This document shows positions 59,701 through 64,000 of a stretch of DNA of 64,000 nt, piece after piece. A program made the position numbers and the translations under genes. Source of the DNA: a virus (taxonomy: Duplodnaviria; Caudoviricetes); IMG/VR virus record IMGVR_UViG_3300020577_007133, positions 32,001 through 96,000 of that record. One strand, 5' to 3'. Position 1 is the stretch's first letter; each line of letters opens with the position of its first letter. The notes under the pieces are model-generated. The model was not told where the DNA came from. It did no database searches and saw nothing but the letters and a program-made list of their open reading frames with translations.

Positions 59701-61948
59701 CAACACTATGACGGGATTAACAGTTAATACTATATCAGCACAAACATTTTACAATCAAGGAGTTGATATTATTAGTTCATTATATAACGTAGAATCTACC
59801 GGTACCGATGATTTTAGTGGTTTAACTAGAGTGTCAGCAACTCAGTTTAATGTTGCTCCGGTACACGGATATATAGTTAATAATGATTCTATTAATAAGA
59901 CTATTATAGAAGTTAATTATTCTGGGATTACTAATCAAACAACACCATTTTTAAATACGGATGTTGCAACCTATGTTTTAATAAATTCAGGTTCAACCTT
60001 AGTATTACAAAACACATATCCAACACCAACAGAAAGAAGAGATAATATATTTTTAGGTCGTATTGCTCATCCGGATAAAACAAGTATTGTAACGGCAAAT
60101 AATACTTCTGATTTTATTCAGTCACCTATGTCTGTGATAAGGGATATGTTTACTCCAATTCCTTTAATTAATTCAGGTATTGTTGTTACACCTAATGGTA
60201 CTAATTTAAGTATAAATACTTCGGCAGGTTCTTTATATGGTTTAGGTATTAATTATTATTTAAACAAAAAAAATCCGGATGTTGTTTCTATTTCAGGTAA
60301 TTCACCTACGACTTTTCAATATAGAACTCAAACAGGTGGTACATTATCAAATACAACGTTAATTGACCCGACTAACTATGATTTAAATGGTGTAATAACA
60401 CCCATAGGTAGTCCTGCGAAACAAGCCACAAATCAAAGAATATATTTATTCCCTTCGGGACAAATAAGAATCCAATATGGTCAACAAAAATATTCTGATT
60501 TAACAAGTGCGGTTGCAAATGTATTAACAGAACCATTCATTACGTTTTCAAACAACAGAGATAATGCAATACTAATCGGTATTATTTCAGTGGCGTCTGA
60601 TGCTACTGATTTATCAAATCCTTTAGAGGCGTATTTCAGTAGTGTTTCAAAATTTGGTGAGTTATTAGGAGGTACGGGAGGTCTTTCAACTACTACATTA
60701 CAACAAGCTTACGATAATTCAACAACACCTGAGATAGTTATAAATTCAACATTAGATGGATTATCAATTAAAAATGGAACCGGAAATGCCGATAATATAA
60801 CAAACTTAATTGAAGGTATTAATTCAGGTGGTACTACAACCTCGTTTGTTCGTTCGGATGGGTTATTTTCAGGTAATTCTGTATCAACCCCGGGATTCAC
60901 GGCAAACACAAATGGTGCTACGGGTGTAACTATTTCGGCATCAACATATCTAGGTTTACCAACAGATATTAGAGTTACCGGTGGAACTTATAGTGGTGAT
61001 ACTATAATATTTACCAATAACACCGGTGGAACTTTTAGTGTAACAGGGATTACAACAAGTTCATCATTTACCGGAGGAACTGTGTCAGGAGAGACTAACT
61101 TTACCGGTGGTTTAACCGCTAACACAATATCTGCAACAACATATCAAAATTTACCACCTATTAGTTTAGATGGGTTATCAGATGTTACTATTTCAACAGG
61201 TGTTACAACAGGTAATACTTTAATGTTTGATGGAAGTTTTTGGCAAAATGTTGACCCATTTGATTATTTTGATGCTAAACCTGTTATATATCAAAAACAT
61301 ACCAACATACCAACATTTGGTGGTCTTGGTATAAATAATGTTGAAGGTGTTGGTATCATAGCAAATGGTGCAACATTAAGAAGCTGGGCAGATACTAATT
61401 TGGTAACAAGAGGACAAAGACTTGGTATGGTTGTTTCTACGACTGGTAGTTTATCACAATTAAGACAAACTTTAAATTATATGAGTATAAATGGTGGGTT
61501 TGACATGATAACTGCTTTTAGTATGTCAGAAAATGCAACCGATACTGCTATTAGATTTTTTATAGGACTTACAACGAATATTATTTTTACCAATGTTGAG
61601 CCTGACACTCTATTAAATATTATTGGTATCTGTAGATTATCATCCTCTAATAACTTACATTTAATCAATAATGATAATACTGGCACAGCAACAACTTTAG
61701 ATTTAGGTTCAAATTTTCCAGCCAATACAATTGATACTGATAAGTATCAATTAAATATTAAAACAATATCAGGGGGTATTTATCTCAAATTAGATAGACT
61801 TGGTACATCTTTTTATTATGAAACAATAATAACATCAGATATACCATCAAATTCAACTGGTTTAAAATTTGGAGCATATATTGTCGATACATCAGGTCCG
61901 AATGTTAGCACTGGTTTCGATTGGTATGGAACACATATAAAAATATAA
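56711..61948 (+). CDS. Long tail-fibre-like protein with TFTNNTGGTF repeats and modular cassettes
   Basis: 1745 aa; repeated D.yVTGGT..TFTNNTGGTF units; central NNSYQ beta-helix-like repeats. Confidence 0.7.
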   Translation: MSNFLEKIPVSPITSFGSPSVTNGSTIGTNFSILQVGGYMEVYSLSGLTYTIPPVTGQIEFTGNTIPIHFTKGSGSVFSPDVLTLNSDNISSGRRKLGMLVYVYETEKIYQYTIDNYETLWNNATGATGPGGPTVVISDFGTTVKNNSPEGIAFINAWTSSTISGIDGYDDTNASWRVLQTGGSGVSITGGSFNNTTDTLTLNNSTGGTITITGFTDYYTTGFTFNPSNYDLTIERNDGLPSLSVNLSILASDVTITGGTYNSSTGTVTFTNNTGGTFNVTGFLTGFTDIYVTGGTFNNSTKILTLRRSDNININISGFTDTFVTGATKSGTVATFTNNTGGTFTLTGLTDVFVTGGTYSSSTGITTFRNNTGGTFNISGYFKPSDDIYVTGGTVSHGPNEANNVLYLNRSDNNTVTIQNLVDVYEISRNDLLGVIADKAVIKGKTYKVNKCDSVLYDNGTNSESDNVYTTIYLIGVSNSKVSESGIGVFYTPKYSDISIFVELYVYTESDLVIWGGYVWKCKTSGTYNSLDTFTLDTNYWELILPFTNSNELNTEDYTIRYDDVIYDIDNDIIIYRNEENINIVSTTVENIDYWVNKKSFYNPIRAFQWGNIYTNDKGIGNQIIINSYNENINYTGDYQINFYFEGGSYLRNNFVEVGSYQRNFYFKDNSYQDDSTLTRISSQNSLFLTNNSYISKITLSQSYQDNIYLDNDSYMDSILITKGSNQTSIKLNGYSYFENIILKSDSSYQDSLCFTNNSYQSNITFGPECYQFNFNFNNGSYQNIINLQNNGKFSQQEYFDFNNGSYQSNITIDSNKQEYFTFNNGYQDNCSDNKGQSYIVIENGSQIKGFTDAQDKITIKGYNLDWGSYASIAQSGLFFIHNLPNETTTSLIGKKDNRLVEVSDLYFDGNKWVLTGNITVGGLTATTLSASTYLGLPIDIRVTGATKSGTVATFTNNTGGTFTLTGLTDTFVTGVTYINNTFTYTNNTGGTFSVFFNTMTGLTVNTISAQTFYNQGVDIISSLYNVESTGTDDFSGLTRVSATQFNVAPVHGYIVNNDSINKTIIEVNYSGITNQTTPFLNTDVATYVLINSGSTLVLQNTYPTPTERRDNIFLGRIAHPDKTSIVTANNTSDFIQSPMSVIRDMFTPIPLINSGIVVTPNGTNLSINTSAGSLYGLGINYYLNKKNPDVVSISGNSPTTFQYRTQTGGTLSNTTLIDPTNYDLNGVITPIGSPAKQATNQRIYLFPSGQIRIQYGQQKYSDLTSAVANVLTEPFITFSNNRDNAILIGIISVASDATDLSNPLEAYFSSVSKFGELLGGTGGLSTTTLQQAYDNSTTPEIVINSTLDGLSIKNGTGNADNITNLIEGINSGGTTTSFVRSDGLFSGNSVSTPGFTANTNGATGVTISASTYLGLPTDIRVTGGTYSGDTIIFTNNTGGTFSVTGITTSSSFTGGTVSGETNFTGGLTANTISATTYQNLPPISLDGLSDVTISTGVTTGNTLMFDGSFWQNVDPFDYFDAKPVIYQKHTNIPTFGGLGINNVEGVGIIANGATLRSWADTNLVTRGQRLGMVVSTTGSLSQLRQTLNYMSINGGFDMITAFSMSENATDTAIRFFIGLTTNIIFTNVEPDTLLNIIGICRLSSSNNLHLINNDNTGTATTLDLGSNFPANTIDTDKYQLNIKTISGGIYLKLDRLGTSFYYETIITSDIPSNSTGLKFGAYIVDTSGPNVSTGFDWYGTHIKI

Positions 61949-61954
61949 AAAATT

Positions 61955-62377
61955 ATGACTTATAAAATATCAAAATATGGAAATATAATTAAAGTTGATG
62001 ATGGAATTATCACTTTAATTCCGATGGACGAAGGCTCATCATTATATCAAGAGTATGTTCAGTTTTTAACAGCTGGAGGTACTGTTGAACCAAGTAATTT
62101 ATTTACTGAAGAAGAAGAGTTAGAATTTAACACACCTTCTGAGGTTGCTCTTTGGAAATTAAGATTTGTCTTATCACAAATGCAACTTGCAGATTCGATA
62201 ACTGATGCTATGAATCAATTACCGGAACCACAAAAAACAGCTTCGAATTACATTTGGAACTACGGTAACAGTATTGATAGACAAAGTTCAACAATCTCTT
62301 TTATCCAAACCGCTTTAGGTCTTACAGATAATCAAGTTAATAACATATACATACAAGCAAATTCTTTAAGGTTGTAA
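61955..62377 (+). CDS. Putative tail fibre assembly/chaperone protein
   Basis: Directly follows the fibre; YQEYVQFLTAGG and W.YG..IDR...LGLTD.QV..IYIQA patterns resemble fibre-associated small proteins. Confidence 0.5.
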   Translation: MTYKISKYGNIIKVDDGIITLIPMDEGSSLYQEYVQFLTAGGTVEPSNLFTEEEELEFNTPSEVALWKLRFVLSQMQLADSITDAMNQLPEPQKTASNYIWNYGNSIDRQSSTISFIQTALGLTDNQVNNIYIQANSLRL

Positions 62378-62389
62378 TATATAATAATT

Positions 62390-62593
62390 ATGATAGAAAT
62401 TAAATACCCCCCAGTTACAACGTACTTTATCTCATATGAAGATAACGATACTAACCCTCATTATGGTGAGGTTAATTCGGACCAATATATGATTACTCCG
62501 AAACCTAATTTATTTTCAACTACGAATAAAGAAGAATATATTACGGAGTTATTAACTTATGGAATAACTTTAGACACAACAGATATCGTATAA
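62390..62593 (+). CDS. Small hypothetical protein
   Basis: 67 aa ORF, TAATG-coupled to the next gene. Confidence 0.55.
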   Translation: MIEIKYPPVTTYFISYEDNDTNPHYGEVNSDQYMITPKPNLFSTTNKEEYITELLTYGITLDTTDIV

Positions 62594-64000
62594 TGCAAGT
62601 AATTCAAATCACTAGTTTAACGGGGCATTCTCCTTATGATATTACAATTTGTGATATTACCAACACATATTGTTATTCCGGGGTAACCGGAGCAACAAGT
62701 GTTCCGTTAACTATTGATATACCAACAGAATTGTCGGGTACAACAGAATTATTAGTCGTTGTTACAGATTCAATTGGTTGTCAAGAAATTCAATATCATA
62801 TTTGTGATGAACCGATACCGTCTCAAACTCCAACCCCAACCCCAACAATTACACCAACAAATTTAACGTGTAATTGTATTTCAATTGAGAACCCTTCCGG
62901 GGTTACATTAAATTTTGGGTATACTCAGTGTGATGGATTACCTTTTTATGGTCCAATATATTCCGCAACAACATTATATGTTTGTGGTAAAGACCCCTAT
63001 GGTGATGTTGGTTTAAATATTAATATATCTACCGAGATTTGCACCGGGGATGTTTGTTTAGGTCCAACGCCTACACCAACAACAACACCTACCCCAACGC
63101 CAACCTTACCACCGGTTGTAGGGTATTTCCAAGATACTTGTGATTTATCATACGAATTTGTATTAACCAATTTACCACCATCATTTGTTCCTACCTATGG
63201 AATTTATTACATCCAAAGTTCGGGTTATGTTGGTTGTGCGATAAGTATAACAGGGACAAGTTCTACTAATATTTTTTCATTTGTAGCTTTAGGGTCTCAA
63301 CCAAGTACTTACCATTGTCAAAAGGCTAATTTCATTTATCCTTGTCCGACATTAACACCGACTCCGAGTATTACTCCTACAATAACACCAACCCCAACAG
63401 TTACAATGACGGTCACGCCAACAAATACTATTACACCGACACCAACAACATCCTCAATATACAATATTTTTAAAGTTAGGTCTTGTTGTGACGGTGATGA
63501 AATAATAAAATTTATGAGTTTGCCGTCATATTTTTTACCCGGAATATCGGTTGTTGATAATTCTGGTAATTGTTGGAGAATTTTATCAACCTCAACAATT
63601 ACCCCAAATGAATTTTGGAATCACGGAACAACATATCTTTTTTGTGACCCTTGTATTGATGTTCAAACTTGTTCCCCAATACCTACTGTCACGCAAACAA
63701 CAACTCCAACACCAACTGTAACACCTTGTGTTCCACAAATGATATATAGTGGTGAAAACTTTACTAGTATGGAACTTAGTAATGGAGCGTCTTTCAAGTC
63801 GGACGGTACAATAGTATACGTTAGCACTCATAATGGTTCACCACTTGATAATATTAGTGCTTATTCATTATCAACTCCGTGGGATGTTTCGACAATTAAT
63901 TTACCAAAAATTGGAAATTCAATTGGGTTCCCATTGGGTAACCCTAGTTCGGTGATTGGTCAGTATTTTTCACCGGATGGTCTTAACTTATTTTTTGCAA
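62593..64000 (+). CDS. Partial virion protein with Pro-Thr linkers, Cys-rich modules and beta-propeller repeats (runs off the window)
   Basis: Absent from the ORF track because it is open-ended; starts MQVIQITSLTGHSPYDITICD, several PTPTPT tracts, and FKSDGT..YSLSTPWDVST in the same frame. Confidence 0.75.
   Translation, partial: MQVIQITSLTGHSPYDITICDITNTYCYSGVTGATSVPLTIDIPTELSGTTELLVVVTDSIGCQEIQYHICDEPIPSQTPTPTPTITPTNLTCNCISIENPSGVTLNFGYTQCDGLPFYGPIYSATTLYVCGKDPYGDVGLNINISTEICTGDVCLGPTPTPTTTPTPTPTLPPVVGYFQDTCDLSYEFVLTNLPPSFVPTYGIYYIQSSGYVGCAISITGTSSTNIFSFVALGSQPSTYHCQKANFIYPCPTLTPTPSITPTITPTPTVTMTVTPTNTITPTPTTSSIYNIFKVRSCCDGDEIIKFMSLPSYFLPGISVVDNSGNCWRILSTSTITPNEFWNHGTTYLFCDPCIDVQTCSPIPTVTQTTTPTPTVTPCVPQMIYSGENFTSMELSNGASFKSDGTIVYVSTHNGSPLDNISAYSLSTPWDVSTINLPKIGNSIGFPLGNPSSVIGQYFSPDGLNLFFA

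Noticed and set aside
1066-63831. Many short ORFs antisense to, or nested in, long genes (e.g. 3975..4295, 7895..8188, 19596..19919, 55851..56114)
   Set aside because: Shadow frames of real genes or repeats, with no promoters or recognisable motifs
1-64000. Alternative genetic code, introns or inteins in core genes
   Set aside because: Standard-code ORFs tile the window densely; terminase, portal and capsid genes are uninterrupted and show no intein motifs

Overview
AT-rich segment of a large T4-like (myovirus-type) phage, most likely infecting Bacteroidota. The host call rests on TTTG-N19-TAnnTTTG promoters, A-rich leaders without Shine-Dalgarno sites, and a Flavobacteriia-like bS21. In order, the window contains: (1) a tmRNA with an unusual 21-codon tag, an M28/M20 peptidase and an N-domain-less ClpC, all behind host-type promoters; (2) KTSC and nucleotidyltransferase genes; (3) the head module (large terminase, portal, bS21 on the opposite strand, prohead protease, scaffold, major capsid); (4) a baseplate spike-like gene and a gp55-like late sigma factor; (5) a ~14 kb glycosylation cluster with an apparent GDP-colitose/fucose pathway (gmd, colD, colC/fcl) and GT2/GT10/GT11/GT25/GT-B transferases, plus PhoH, dUTPase and an exonuclease; (6) two transposase-less TnpB elements and a free-standing endonuclease, each under the phage late-promoter motif TATTTAT; (7) several large Pro-Thr-stalked or repeat-rich virion fibre proteins with apparently swapped cassettes. 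Window-wide, CCGG is strongly enriched, CCAG/CTGG is depleted and GATC appears absent. All calls come from motif recognition by eye; no database searches were run.
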